The notes under the pieces: generated by a model | The model's database searches: none | Told to the model about the DNA's origin: nothing | The model's input: only the letters and a program-made list of their open reading frames with translations | Translations under genes and position numbers: made by a program | Assembly: GCA_963693365.1 (NCBI GenBank) | Contig: CAVNZM010000003.1 | Location: 13,734,914 to 13,798,913 of the forward strand | Reading direction: 5' to 3' | From: Amoebidium appalachense | Lineage: Eukaryota > Protista > Ichthyosporea | Length of the DNA: 64,000 nucleotides | In this document: in pieces, positions 15,019 through 29,955 of the stretch | How the letters are laid out: every line of letters starts with the position of its first letter | Position numbering within the stretch: the first letter of the stretch is position 1

Positions 15019-16121
15019 CTGGTTGGTTGGTGGTGGTGGTTAAGGGGGGGGGGGCGGGGAGGGGCATGCAGTAGTATATTCTAGGCAAGACGTATTGATA
15101 CCTCATACCTTATTAATTTTCAACAACCATTATGTATTAGATATCAGTAGCGGCGTGTCACTAACGCGTATTGAAACCCTCTCGGTATGTGCATGTGGGG
15201 TGTACCGTAATTGGTCCATAGGCAAACCGATTTTTTTTTTCCTTTTTTGATCGGCCACTTTCCTCCGGCAATAGAATTGGATACTGTAAGTAATCTCTCT
15301 AAATTCGAGTTTTTGTTATTTTTGTTTTTTTATCAACTATCGATGGGAGCAGTATATGATGGGGGCAGCCCTTATTTCATGGAAAATGTGAAGTTTGAAA
15401 ATACTTTACTAGTAATTATAATTTTTCGGTTGCTCAATACATAAATGTGTACCCCATGGCACATATACATAGTAGCACATTAAGTGTAGGTTGCTAAAAC
15501 GATTAAAAAATTTAAAAGCTGCCGAGAGATATTTTCAGTTATGAAGCTGGCAATGATTTATACGGATTTGTAACCGTAACATCCAATTCTTTCAGCTCAT
15601 GGTAAATCTTCGAATACCCCTCGTTGTATAACGAGCTCAGGCTAGATATGTATACTCCCTCTATGTATATGTTTCAGGTGCACATAACCAAATTCTCGGG
15701 TGATTATATATAACATATTATATCATTATATATATGTTATATTGAAATTATACTATTAGTAACATATAACAACATAACAAGTATAACATACTGGTGGAGA
15801 TTCATTAAAAAAAACCCCGTTGCTATCCTTAAAAGTTTTCGTTTTTCGTCTAGTTGGCATACTGCAACTCTCACGAGCAGCTTTTTTTTTTTTTTTTTTT
15901 TTTTTTTGTGTGTGGGGGGGGGGGGGGGGGGGGGGGGGAGCTGGGGAGGCTGCAGAGATGATAATCTGCACTGATGTATGCAATCCGGTATATACGATCC
16001 CGAGGTACGGGGGTTTCTAGATCTGTTGTGATCACGAGGGTTTTACATTAATATCATTGGTATGGTTGAGGGGCCAAGGACAGTGTGCTATTGCTTCGTG
16101 CTTACTTGGGCAGGAGAGAGA

Positions 16122-16166
<45 letters not shown>

Positions 16167-16901
16167 GGGGGGGGGGGGGGTGGGTGGGGGGGGGGGGGGG
16201 GGTGGGTGGAGGGGGGAGGAGGGGGGGGGGGGGGGGGGACGGGATCCCGGGGGAGGAGGGGGGTTGCTCTAGATCTGTGCGCACACTGTTTGGGATTCGA
16301 AGGCGGCGCAGGTGCGGCCACCAAGTGGGGCAGGTGGGGAATTCGGTGTGTCTGTGTGTGTTTGAAGCTTGGCGACCGAAAAGTTGTTGGGTGTACACAT
16401 GTGTGTCGCGGTGTGGATGTACACGTGTGTGTGGTGCACGTTGTGGTTTTGGAGGAGGTGCACCGGGAGGGGGGGGGGGGAGGGGGGGTTCAGCTTTCCA
16501 AGCCCTGATCATGAGTTGGGGGGGACTGATGCCTTAGGAGTCTAGGCAGGGGGGGGGGGGAGGGGGGGGGGCGGGTTTGACATCGACGGACACAACGGTG
16601 AATCAAGGCACGGAGTTCATTACGTCTTTCTTCCTGATTTTATTTCGAAAAACTTCTTCATTAGTAAGTTGTACAGCAAAAGATGGAATGCTCTTTATGC
16701 ATAAATGATCTTAAAATATGTACAAGGTCTCAGATTCGGCTACCAGGCCGGCATCCAACTAAAGGCGGGGGGCGGGACCAATGCACAAATTTTAAAAACT
16801 TAAAGATAAATTCTACTGAAAGAAATGAGTAGGTAAAGACCCTTCTGCTCACCTACCTCCCGTCCCTTCAACCCCTCTCCCCCCCTAGGCCTCCCCCCCC
16901 C

Positions 16902-16932
<31 letters not shown>

Positions 16933-17012
16933 ACTGCTCACACCGCCTTCCCATCCTAAAATTTCTCCATGCTTTTTAAACATCAAAGAATTTCTTTCTT
17001 TTCTTTACAAAA

Positions 17013-17707
17013 TCACTGCGCCAAAACCCCCCCGTCCATATTCCACGCAACACCTCTTACTTGCGCCCCCGCGTCGCTGCACAAAAACATCACCAGTGCG
17101 GATATCTCCTCCGGTTGGATAATCTGCCCCGACGGCTGCCCAAACCCCTCAACCGCACCCGCAAAATCGCACTGGTGTATCTCGGAATATTCGCGTAATT
17201 TAACGAGCGCAGGGGGGGTCGCGACCCATCCAGGGCAAATTGAGTTGCATGTTATCCCGGTTTTTGCATTTTCCAGTGCGACCACTTTCGTAAATCCGAT
17301 TAATCCGTGTTTTGCCGCGACAAAAGCGCTTCTCCCGGGGGAACCAACCAGACCGTAAACCGTCGAAATGTTGATAATACGACCCCAGTTCTGTTTTTGC
17401 ATTATTGGGAGAGCGAGCCGGGTGGTGTGGAATGCCGCGGATAGGTTTACCGCTATCACCGCGTCCCATCTGTGGTTTGGGTGGGGTGGGTGACGGAATT
17501 TTGAGCAAATTTGTATTAGTGTTAGTCAGTGATTGAGATAATAAGTCGGTGTGTGTTTATGATATATAGCCTACACCGTGTGTGTGTGCGCAAGTGTCTC
17601 GGAAAGGGTGTGCGTCTCTAAGGAGAATGACGAAGGGGGTGGTGTGAAGTGGACTGAGGTCCGGGGGGGGGGGGGGGGGGGGGGGGCTTCATTTTTTATT
17701 ATTTTTT

Positions 17708-17738
<31 letters not shown>

Positions 17739-18683
17739 GGGGAGAGGGAGGGGGAAGGGGGGGGGGGGAGGGGGGGGAGGGGTGTTTGAATGGGGTTACC
17801 GTCGGACGAGGCAACAGTTCACGATGGACAGACGATGCCACTAACAAAAGCAAGAGAACTCAAAGAGTATGCAGCAAATGTGTAAATGTTTGAGTTTGCG
17901 TCTGTGCGTGTTTTGGGCCGGGACGGGTGTGGAAGGGGGGGGGGGGGGGGGGGGGGGGGGGGGGCGGGATTATTGGAGGTAGCACGTACATCATGGTGAT
18001 AATCGAATATGTTCATACATGCCTCCCCCCTCCCCACCCCCTTCCTTCCCCGGGGCGCAGCACACACACACCCAAAATGCCAAACCTTCCCCCCTCCCCG
18101 TCCTCCCCTGGTTCTATCCTCCCCCCCCCCCCCCCCCCCCCCCCCACCACCACCACCCCCTGGCACCGCCGCCCCCTACCCTCCCTCCCCCCTCCCTTCC
18201 CCCCCCCCCCTCCCCCCGCCCTCCCTCAATCACTCCCCGTTTCTCACTCACACGCACGCACGCACACACGCACACTTTCTCCCTCTCTCTCTCTCTCTCT
18301 CTCTCCCCCCCCCTCTTTCTCCTCTCTCTCTCTCTCTCACTCACTTTCTCTCTCGTCTCTCTCTCTCCCTCCCTCTATCTCCCTCCCTCCCTTCCTAACT
18401 TCCTCCAACCCACTGACCCACCCTGCGTCCTTCCCTCCCTCCCTCCCTCTCTGTCTGTCGGTCTGGAGCTCTCTTATTTCTGTTTTCCTTCTCAGTTACC
18501 TGTTCACTCCCTTAGCTTCCTCTCACACCTTTCCCCCCCTCCCCGCACACCTATACTCATTCCATCCAAAAAAAAAAAGATCCAGCTCTCGCCTCATGTT
18601 TCTCACCCACCTGCCCCTCACACTCCCACCAATATTCAAACACGCCTTCTCTCAAGTAAGGTTCCCAGTTCCTCCCCCTATCG

Positions 18684-18729
<46 letters not shown>

Positions 18730-19220
18730 CAAAAAGAGAGAAAGGGGGGGGGGGGGGGGGGGGGGGGGGTGTGAGGGAGGAAGGGAGGGAGGGTGGGTGG
18801 GTGGGTGGGTGGGAAGGAGGGGAGGGAGAGAGAAGGAAAGAGAAGAAACAACATGGAAGTGAGAGGCTACCTTTCCACAGGGTGTTCCTCCGTCTTTGCA
18901 TTATGCATAAACCCAGCATTGTTCACCAAGATATCCACCCCTCCAAACAACTCCCCAACCCTTTTCATCAACATCTCCACCTCGTCAACCTTGCCCACGT
19001 CCGCACCCACATACTCCACCCTCACCCCCTCGTCCGAACGTGCTTCCAACACTTCCTTCTGCGCTTTCTCCCAATCACCAAAACCATTAAGTATGATGTG
19101 GCAGCCATTTTGTGCCAAGGATTTTGCCGTAGATAGACCTATCCCACTAGTGGATCCGGTGATGAGTGCGACTTTTCCCTTGAGAACATGAAGCATGTTG
19201 GGGGCAATGGGGGCTGCCAT
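17013..19220 (-). CDS. 3-hydroxybutyrate dehydrogenase-like SDR (bacterial HBDH type), exons 19220-18871 and 17469-17013, 268 aa; catalytic Tyr replaced by Phe
   Basis: TGSTSGIG, NNAG, WDAVIAVNLSAAFH, GRIINIS, SAFVAAKHG, ICPGWV and WNMDGG motifs. The GT-AG intron joins the exons in frame (350+457=807 nt). Confidence 0.9.
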
Positions 19221-19784
19221 TGCGACGGTATGGTTTCAAGCTGTGAAGTTCTAAAAAAGTAACTAAACGGGTGATATTTAAGAATTAAGCGAGGGTGAGA
19301 GAGACTAAGCCTTTGGTCTTATAATAACCAGTGGAACATGCGCAAGTGTACGAATGGGTCCGGATGATCTTATTGGCTTTGAAAGGGGAAGAGAGTGAGT
19401 GAGAAATTGGGGGAGGGAGGCTCGGGAAACAGGGTCGGAACGCCATGTGCTTCAGGGCTTGAAATCTAATCGTTGTCCTGCCCGGCTGATGATCAGCCGA
19501 AAGTTTCACACGGCGTGTGCTACTAACAAGAAGCCCCTATTTAAAACTAAAATTGAATGTCTATAAGGGGTGAAGTGGAGTTATCTTGCTATTGTTTTGT
19601 CACTCGGATGGATGGGTGTGTGGGTGGTGTGTGTGGGTGTGTGGGTGTGTGGGTGGGTGGGCATCTGGTGGGGGGAAGAGGGGAGGGGGGGGGCCGGGGG
19701 AGGGGGGGGAGGGGGAGGAGGGGAGGCAGGGGGAGGGGGGGGGGGGGGGGGGGGGTTATGGGTAAGTGGGTGGGTGGGTGGGTG

Positions 19785-19901
<117 letters not shown>

Positions 19902-20304
19902 ATGTGTGCGTTTGCCAACGTGCGCGTGTGTGTGTGGCACGTTTGTGTCATGGTGATTGTGTATGTGTTGTGTGTGCGCGTGCGTGCGTGATACGTAAAG
20001 TGGTGTGGCCCATAAGTGTGTACGTGAAAGTGTGTGCGTGTACATGTAATTGTGCGCCCGTGTTTGTGGATGTGTCTAGTCATGTATGTGTGTGTGCACA
20101 TAATATACGTGTGGTATGTGTGTACCCGCACAACTTGGTACTTGTGAGATTAATTAAAATTGAAAATGGTGTATGCCAAATTCATTAAAACTTAAAATCA
20201 TGTGCCAGTATATTTATGTACATGTCTTGCACAAGGTGTTCGTTGGAATCAATGAATGGATTGATGAATGAATGAAAGAAGATTCCGGGTGGGAGGGGGC
20301 GCGT

Positions 20305-20357
<53 letters not shown>

Positions 20358-20516
20358 GGGGGGAGGGGAGGGGCCGGGAGGGAGGGAGGGAGGGGGGGGG
20401 GGGGGGGGGGGTAAAGGGAACAAGAGAGGTGAGGCACAAATTCCTGAAAAGGTGCCTTCCCCCCCCCCCCTCCCCCCCCCCCCCCCCCCCCAGCCCCAGT
20501 CCTCCTATCCCCTCCC

Positions 20517-20551
<35 letters not shown>

Positions 20552-20586
20552 AAAAAAAAAAAAAAAAGGAAGAAGAAGAAGTGAGC

Positions 20587-20623
<37 letters not shown>

Positions 20624-20984
20624 GCAGTTAGGCTGAAGGTGTATCCACATTCCCTCTCTCCCTTCCTTCGGCTCTCCGGGCTGGTTGAACTTCTTTCTTC
20701 AAAAAAAAATTCATCTGCGTCCGAGTCCCATTTTCGCCGGGAGGGTTGGCGGGTTGTTCCGAAGGGGGAGGGGAGGGGGGGGGGGGGGGGGGGGGAAGGG
20801 GGAGGGGGAGGAGGGGGGAGGGGGGTGCAACCGATCGCGCTTTTGGTTTGGAAGGGTACCAGGCCTTGGAGCAACGCATAAAAACGCCTGTAATCCGGTT
20901 TAGAGATAACTTGCCGCACACAATTTTTGACATAGGATCACACTGTGCGGAAAGCCCTTAAACTTTAAATGTTGAAAAAATGAC

Positions 20985-21016
<32 letters not shown>

Positions 21017-21041
21017 ACCCTCACCCCCCACCCCTTCGGGC

Positions 21042-21072
<31 letters not shown>

Positions 21073-21212
21073 CCCCCTGGACCAGCAGGGAGATATGAGG
21101 GCAGGGCATGCCCAGCACTTACCATGCCTCAAGCTAAAAAATCAATAAATTCAAAATATTAACAAAAAAATAAAATTACTAAAAACCCCCAAAATGAAAG
21201 GCATTTACAACC

Positions 21213-21675
21213 TTAATCAATCAGCTCCGCGCATGAATTCTGGCCCCACCGAAGCAGCCTCCCGATCGGCCGAGGGATCCTTTCGGGTCGGGTCAACCAA
21301 AAGACCCAACCCGAAATGCATATGGCCACCACGAAAAAGTCAAACACCAAAGACCCCCCAAAAATCCACGCGTGGTATGTCCATGCGTTATCCACGGTAA
21401 TTTGGATAGTTTTGGTTGCAATAGCCCAGGGGAGAACCCAGAGAAGGTTTGCTGCGACGGTTTTTGCAAAATAAAGCGCTGGGCATGTAACCTGTGTTTG
21501 TGTGTATGTGTCGGTGCGGATGGGGGGGGGGGGGGGGAGGGGTGAGACGTGTATGTGTATGTGGGGGTGGGAGGGGCAGGGGTGGGGGGGAGAGAGAGAG
21601 ATAGAGAGAGATAGAGAGACGTGTGCACGTATGTGTTTGTGTGTTTGTGTGTGTTGTGTGTGTGTGTGTCAGTGT

Positions 21676-21732
<57 letters not shown>

Positions 21733-23721
21733 GGTAAGTTCAGTGCTTGCGTGCATGATATGTTTTTTTTTAAGGGGGAGGGGAGGGGAGGGGAAAAGGG
21801 AAGAGGGAGGGGGGGTGGGGGGAGGGCGGGGATGGGGGGGCCTGGGGGATTATACTGGTGCCATAGGTCACGATAGATTAATAAGGCACGGTGTGGTGCG
21901 TGGGGTCGCCTTGAGTTTTTAGCTAGAGGGTCCACTCTTTTGGTTGGAGCCTCGATATGTGTGTGTGTGTGTATATGTGTGTGTGGGGGGGGGGGGGGGG
22001 GGGGAGGGGGGGGGGGGGGGAGTCTGGTCACATTGGTCATGGCAAAGATCCTAAATTTGAGGGTGTGTATGTGTGTGTTGGAGGCGAGGGGGGCGTCCTA
22101 GACGAGAATTGGGCGAGTATGATGGCGGTGGTGGCTGTCTGCGTCTGTATGTGAATGGGTGTGTGTGTGTGTGTGCGGGCGAACGCCCGTGTGTGCAATG
22201 CGTGTGTGTGTGTATAATTGCAAGCCCCTACACATTTGCCATACCTGTGCATTCTTCTTGTTTGCGCATGCATAGGTCAGAGATAAATTTTGTTCTAGGG
22301 GGAAGGGAGGGGTGGGGGGGACGGGGATGGATGGTATGTGTGTGTGAGGGGGGGGAGGGGGGGGGAAGGGGGGGAGGGGGGTTCAAGACACCAACCTGCA
22401 AGATTGTAGCGATTTGCAAAGCGACAGCAAACATAACATACGTCCAATCAAGTGTCTTCCACATGTGCGTGGTGAGTGCGGCCACACCATGACTACCGCT
22501 GAGATAAAACGCAAACGGTTCCACCAACCAGAACGAAAACACAATCGCCAAAACAACTTCTATAATAAAGACGATTATGGCGGAAAGGCGGGCGTAGCGA
22601 GTGATTCTCAAAATGTCGTTTTTGGTCGCTTTAACGGACCAAATTTCATCCTGGTTGGATACAAAAACCCCCCAACGGTGGCCGGTGAATGCATTCGCGC
22701 TTTCCGCCAAAGCATTTGTCGGGACCATAATAAGCCCCCACCGTATGGTGTTAAAAACCCCCCACGCTGTCGCATATTCGTTTCCGAGAGCTACAATTCC
22801 AGCCACCACGAAAAGATACAAGACGTTGCGCAAAAGTGATTCCAAAAACAGCCACACGCCCGGTCGAGCCAGTTGTACAAGGCAGTTGATGTTGAAAATT
22901 GAGGAAATTCCGAAAGAACCCCCATTCTCCTCAATCCTCCGCTTTTGCACCCTCACAACCGTAAAACCGAAATACAAAAGTCCGGCAAGGGCCCCTAAGC
23001 CGTCACAGGTTAAACGCACCACAGCTTGCGTGTTTACCGTCGCTCCGTCATAAACCCGGAAAGTGGAAAGAAAAACGAAATCCAAGACAATATTACAGAA
23101 AATCTTGGTCATGCTTATCACAAGGGGCACATCCGGGCGGTCGAACGAACGCAAAGCCGTTCCCAAAGCATATTCAGTGCATCCAAAAAACGTAGAAAAT
23201 GCCGAAATTTGAACGTATTTCACCGAAGAACGCCATGTTTCAGGGGGTGCGAAAGTGGACGCGAAAGTTGAAGCGGCGCCGGCGAAAATGACGGAAAGAA
23301 CCAACCCAATTATCATTTGAAAAACCAAAAGAGTACAAATTAGCTGCGTGCGCCGGTTATCCCCCAGAGTTTTATTTCCAATAACCGTGTACGCTGCGCG
23401 GGGAAGGGCCTCGTTGAAAATTTCCGAGATAACTCCGAGATATGAGTAGACGTCGGTGGTCGCGACCATGCTCCAATCGAGCTGTGCTATCCATAATTTC
23501 GACAAAGTTCCGTAGATAGCCGGAATGAGAAAAGTAAACGCGTTGAAGGCGACTGCACCAGGATAGGAGTTGCGCCCGAATCTCATTTTCTCTTCTTGTG
23601 TAAAATGTATGGATTCGATGGGTTCTTTTGTGGTTGGGTTTTTCGTTTCTGTTGTCATGAGGTTAGTGTCCGAGTTAAATTCGAAGCTGTGGCCCGAAGG
23701 TGCCTCCAATCTGGACGTCAT
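21213..23721 (-). CDS. MATE-family-like multi-pass membrane transporter, exons 23721-22396 and 21491-21213, 534 aa
   Basis: About 12 hydrophobic segments, with LRSFDRPDVPLVIS..NIVLDFVFL resembling the MATE G.T..P......N..LD motif. A phase-0 GT-AG intron joins ATILQ to VTCPALYFAKTVAANLLWVLPW..DNAWTYHAWIFGGSLVF. Confidence 0.8.
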
Positions 23722-24168
23722 TTTCTTTTGTTTTTGTTTTTACAAAAAAAAAAGCCCTAAACTAAAGTGCTTTTGAAACGCTGGCTATTTGTTTTATGAG
23801 TGATGAAGGGAAGACAAAACCACCTCTTTTGAAGGTTGCATGTATGTGCCGGTTTCTTACCCGGACAACTGAAACACGGTGAAGCGAACTTGTGCGGGCG
23901 AGACACACTGACCAGTCGCGACCAATTTATATACGTGACAGATCTGAAACAATCGTACGCGATTAGTTCATGAGAAAGACCGGATTCATAAGATTGCATC
24001 AGATCCACCAATCAAGAACTACGTTTCACTTATCGTTTTGAAATTGTTACCTTATTTGGGTACAAAGTTGTCAAAGGGATTCAAGGGATACATGATCAAA
24101 AGCAGTTGAACACGAACACGAAGTCGCGCCGGAAATCGGACTCTGACAAAATGCTTTGCGACGGTGCA

Positions 24169-25050
<882 letters not shown>

Positions 25051-25401
25051 CACACACCCACAAGCACGCACACAAGGCCATTTTGTGAGGCATCAAAAAC
25101 CATCGAAACGTTGCTTAGTTGTTTTTATGACATCAAAATCGCTAAATATTCTTGCGATACTAATGAAAAAGCCTAAAATAACTATATATTTGATAATGAG
25201 AAAATTGAAATATAGTGCCGTAAAGTTGGGCCCGAGAGGATGTACGTACTCGGGGCTTTGAAATAAAAAGAAAAAAACCAGCGGTTTCGGATTCACTGTG
25301 AACGCCCTGGGCTGAATGACGGCAGAGATCAGGTGATTCCCGTATCAAAACTGTTTTGGTTTCTAACCCAGAATGGAACGCACTTTTTTTAGAGAAATTC
25401 G

Positions 25402-25481
25402 GCGACATTTGTTTTACCAGTCGCACACATCGATTCAGTCGCACACATCGATTCAGTCGCACACATCGATTCAAATGTCGC
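25402..25481. repeat. Three 18-bp tandem repeats enclosed by a 10-bp inverted repeat, upstream of LINE ORF1
   Basis: cagtcgcacacatcgatt x3 (25418-25471) between gcgacatttg (25402-25411) and caaatgtcgc (25472-25481). Confidence 0.85.
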
Positions 25482-25578
25482 TTTTTATTATCTGCTAATA
25501 AATAGTATCCTTCGCGCATCCACCCCTAAACCGGGCCATCCGTGGCCCTAAGGGCCGGGGAACACCCCCATCCATGTC

Positions 25579-26763
25579 ATGGCACATGCCTATAATCGTT
25601 TCAGAACCTCTTTCAAAGTTCCATCTACACCCATCACACATGTGCGACCATTAAAACGTCCAGCAGATACACCTACCACAGATGCACAACCAGAAAAACA
25701 TCGCCTTAGACTAAGCGCAACACCTATTTACAATACACTACCCATTCAGAATAACACCACACCACTCCGTAGAAACACAATAACAACCATGCCGAAACTT
25801 TCGGTTGATACAGTACTGGCAGAACTTGCCCTCGTTAAGAAACAGCTAAATGAGCTGTTACCACTCAAGAACATGATAGAAAAACTCCAAACAGAAAATA
25901 CCCAACTCAAGCTCACCATTGATTCACTCACAGCCCAGCTAAACATTAGTGGATCGCAAAACCCCAAAACTCATGAGCAAACATCTCGCGACGGAGACAT
26001 TTCCACCCCAACACAAAACAACACAGGACCGGAAGCACAGCTCCCGGCAGAGTTCCTAGAATATGCGAACTCTCGTAAAACACCCGAGCTCCGCCAAATT
26101 GCCAAGGAAACATATGCCAGCATTCTTGCAGGCAACGAGTACCGCCGCAACTCCCCTCCCAAACCGCCGGCTAAGGGGAACACCCAAGCAAACGGTAACA
26201 TCAACATCCCACCCAAATACGAGAGGGTGTATTTCAAAGTCAAGCACGGCAGACGCCCACACAGGGCCATGTGGTCCATCTTCAAGGCTCTCGGCTTCCG
26301 GTGCTCTCGCATCCTTTGTCTGTCCTTCATTGGATACGATGTGCTGGAAGTAGCAGTACGGGGCGACTATAACCGTGCGTTCATCCGTGACGCGACAAAG
26401 GGGTGTGGAAGCTTCTTCACCCACCTCCCAAGCTACGACCCATGCGCGCCGGAAAACATTCAGAAAGCAGACAAAGAACGTAAAGTGTCTGCTAAGAATG
26501 CGTGCGCCACACGTTGTCGTGTACGCATCAGCAAGGCAAAAGAGTTCCTCGCAAAGTTGGAAAACGATGCTACGAGCGTGATAGACACGGACACGAAGGA
26601 ACCAATGTTTTCTGGTGAGAAACTGCTCGAGCGCAAACGCCGATGCGAGATGGAAATCGAGCTCTTCTGCGAACTGTTCGCGCTGGCGGAAGGTCGTGCA
26701 TACGACCCCGTAAGCGACAAGTGGGAACCAACCCCACAGGTGTCGGACCAAACCGATGCCTAA
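25579..26763 (+). CDS. LINE ORF1 protein (394 aa; coiled coil plus C-terminal globular domain)
   Basis: Directly precedes ORF2 with an 8-nt overlap (ATGCCTAA). Heptad segment LAELALVKKQLNELLPLKNMIEKLQTENTQLKLTIDSLTAQL. No CCHC knuckle seen. Confidence 0.88.
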   Translation: MAHAYNRFRTSFKVPSTPITHVRPLKRPADTPTTDAQPEKHRLRLSATPIYNTLPIQNNTTPLRRNTITTMPKLSVDTVLAELALVKKQLNELLPLKNMIEKLQTENTQLKLTIDSLTAQLNISGSQNPKTHEQTSRDGDISTPTQNNTGPEAQLPAEFLEYANSRKTPELRQIAKETYASILAGNEYRRNSPPKPPAKGNTQANGNINIPPKYERVYFKVKHGRRPHRAMWSIFKALGFRCSRILCLSFIGYDVLEVAVRGDYNRAFIRDATKGCGSFFTHLPSYDPCAPENIQKADKERKVSAKNACATRCRVRISKAKEFLAKLENDATSVIDTDTKEPMFSGEKLLERKRRCEMEIELFCELFALAEGRAYDPVSDKWEPTPQVSDQTDA

Positions 26764-29700
26764 TTTATCCTTCTTCTTCTGGAATGCTCGGACACTGGGC
26801 CCCCAAAAGGGCCTCCCCCCCGGGACACTCGACGATAAAATCAGCTACATACAACAACAGACAAACAACCACACGTTTACAGTGATTTGCGAAACACAGT
26901 TTAAAAACCACAACAAATTCAACTCTACATTGGTCGACACATCCACACACCCCGGTTACGCGAAAAACCGCGGCATTATTGTACTTGCCGCACCACACGT
27001 GAGAGTGAAGTGCAAACCGGTAGCAAAAACGGAATTCTCGGTTTCTATAGAGTTTCTTTCTAATGTTTTTACTTTTGTATATTACCCACCATCTATGTCG
27101 GTTGTCGAATTGACTCACGAGTTGTCACAGTTACCAATGTCCACTGTTATTTTAGGTGATTTTAACACGCGACTCCACCACACAGACACACTGCAAGTGA
27201 GTGTCGGGTACCCATCTAAGCCCCCGGAGCGTGCTATCCCTTTAGCAAGGTATGTCCAAAGTCACACTTTGCGGTTCCCTCAAATATCCCATGCCCACAA
27301 CACCGACTGGGGAGTGGCCTTTTGGCCATCAACCATGTCAAAACTCTCTCTCCCTCCTAACCTCTCTAGGTCATCTGACCACTCTCCTATCCTTTTCCTA
27401 CCTAAGATCTCCCTTGATCTGCTCCCCCCTCCTCCTCCCACCTTTCGCCTCCGTCTATCCCAGCTTAAGTCACAGTGGGGTAGAGTTGATGTATGTGTAT
27501 GCTATGCTACGAAACACCCTATATATATGCGCCTATTAGAATCTGCACAAGCCAGGCCAGATTCACATCTCGTACTAGATACATGCACTAACTTTATTGT
27601 TGATGATTTGATAGATCTCGGTGATTATGCTGGCGGTGGTAGGAAGGAATATCCCGATGCTCTCTTGTTACCAAACACCACTCCCGCTAGACTAGGTGAA
27701 CCCCTGTCTCAAAAGGAAAGCTTGCGCCGGCTTGCTAGTATGAATCGATTTGGCCCCCCTGCTCGTATTATTGGTGATACCACTGGAGACCCCCTCATAG
27801 ACTCTGATAAGTATTTCTCGGAACTGTTTAAAGATAGTACCCCCGCTCAGAAACCTATTGTGTGGCCTGTAGACCCATCTATCCCCATAGAATCGATCCT
27901 CCCCTTTTTCAGCCCCGATGCCATATGGTCTGTGATATCTAGTTATAGCTCTACTAGTAAGTCTTGTGGACCTGATGGACTCCCTGCTGGGTTTCTTAAA
28001 ATCCTTGTTCCCTCCTACCCACAAAAGGAAAGTGATCGTGCTATTAAACCTGATCTTACTATCATGTTAAGCTCTCTCTTTTCTTGGTGTGTTAAATGTG
28101 GACATGTCCCGTCATCTTGGTTAGATACCTTAGTGATCCCCATAGTTAAGAAGGAACACTCTGAGGGCCCCATATCATCCTTTCGCCCCATTACACTAAC
28201 CCAGGTTGTTCGTAGATTCTTTGAAGCTTGCTTACTTAGGTTATTTGCACACCACCCTAGGTTTCAATCTATTCTTCACATACACCCATGCCAATCCGCT
28301 TTTCGTAAAAACAATTCATGTTATGTTCAAATAATGGCACTGCACGATTCTATGCAAGTTGGTGCACAATATGTTGGCTTTATTGATTGGAAAACTGCTT
28401 ACGATTCTGTCTCCCCTGGTCTCCTATGGGAAAAGCTTGCTGCACGGGGTGTACCACACTGCATTGGTGTTCTGTTAGAAGCACTCTTGTCTCAAACCTA
28501 TGGTAGAGCTGTGGTTAATGGGCATCTTTCATATGGTTTTGCTCGTACTAGAGGTCTCTTGCAGGGTTCATTGCTTAGCCCCTTTTTGTTTAACCTATTT
28601 ATAGATGATTTGGCTGTCAAGATTTACGCCGAAAACGATGACCCTATTAATAACTTTCCGCCTGCACTTCTCTATGCTGATGATCTGTCCCTCCTTGCCC
28701 GTACCCCTAGACGCCTGCAAAGATTGTTCGATGTAGTGTCAGAGTGGTGCAAGGCAAACCTTATGATCCTTAACATAGACAAATGTGGTGTTCTTGTACC
28801 TGATATAGCTAACAATTTACACACATTTACATTATCATCTAAACCTGTACCTATAGTTCCAGAATACAAATATCTTGGTGTTCCGGTTGATTCTGTTGGT
28901 GTTATGTTTCCCCATATGGTCGAAAAGAGGGTAGAGTTGGCTCGTAAGCGGTTAGCTTTCTTCTCGGCTAATATTTTTAAAGACACACCCCTCCATCCTT
29001 CTATTAGACTTACATTTATTCGCACTTTTGTCTTCCCGGCATGTGAATATGGTTTACCCCTTCTCGCCGCTTGGATCAAGAAAGAGAGAACTAGAGCGCT
29101 TAAACCCTTGGCAAATTTCTTTGAAGCAGAAGTTGTCTCCTTTCTATCTAACAACTGTTGTAAACCTGGGCCTGTAACGCTCTCGATATATGGTCTGGTC
29201 CCAATAGCTGCTAGAGTATCCTATCTCGCGCTGAAATTCAATAAGCACATAAGCCGCTTAAAGAAGTATTTGCCCTCCCACCCTCTCTTCTCTATCCGAC
29301 CTGTCCCCTCCTCACCTCCCCCCTCTTTCCTCCCCTCTCTCTCCCCTTCTCCCCTGGGCACAAATACAAATAAACCCCGCAATAGTGTGTGTGTGACTTT
29401 GGACTGCCACTTACTTATTAAACATGTACACAATCACAAGATAATCACGCAATATAACAAATGGAAAAAGATACCACACGACACTAGACCCGATGAAAGC
29501 ATACACCTTGAAAAACTAAGCCTTATGTCTCGTTTTATATATACTGACCGCCTCAACCATATTGCCAAATATGGCACTCGCAAGTGTATAACACCTAAAT
29601 ACATATTACCTTCCTGTAGAACTGGTCTTTCTCTAGCTGATGGTATTATTGATCAATTACCACGCTTTTACTGTACACGTGCTATACAGTGGAGATCTAA

Positions 29701-29955
29701 TAAGTATAAGGTGGCATCATTTGCATGCCCAAACAACACACACACACACCAGTTTAACCGGTCATGTATCGCCAAATGTAGTTTGATAGACCACATAATA
29801 CCGCAACACACACACGTCACATTCACAACAGACACCCAGAAAGATAGCCTACCTGTAAATTACAACATCCTTGATTTTATACTAAACACGCGTAACTACG
29901 ACCTGTTTATTAGATGTATTGATTGGCTTGAGAAACACATCACTACAAAATTATA

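Noticed and set aside
20185-21120. Possible coding exons among the G/C and A runs
   Set aside because: No consistent splice sites or motifs; probably 3' UTR or intergenic DNA downstream of the MATE gene.
25971-29433. Antisense ORFs overlapping LINE ORF1 and ORF2
   Set aside because: Shadow frames of the real ORFs with no independent motifs.
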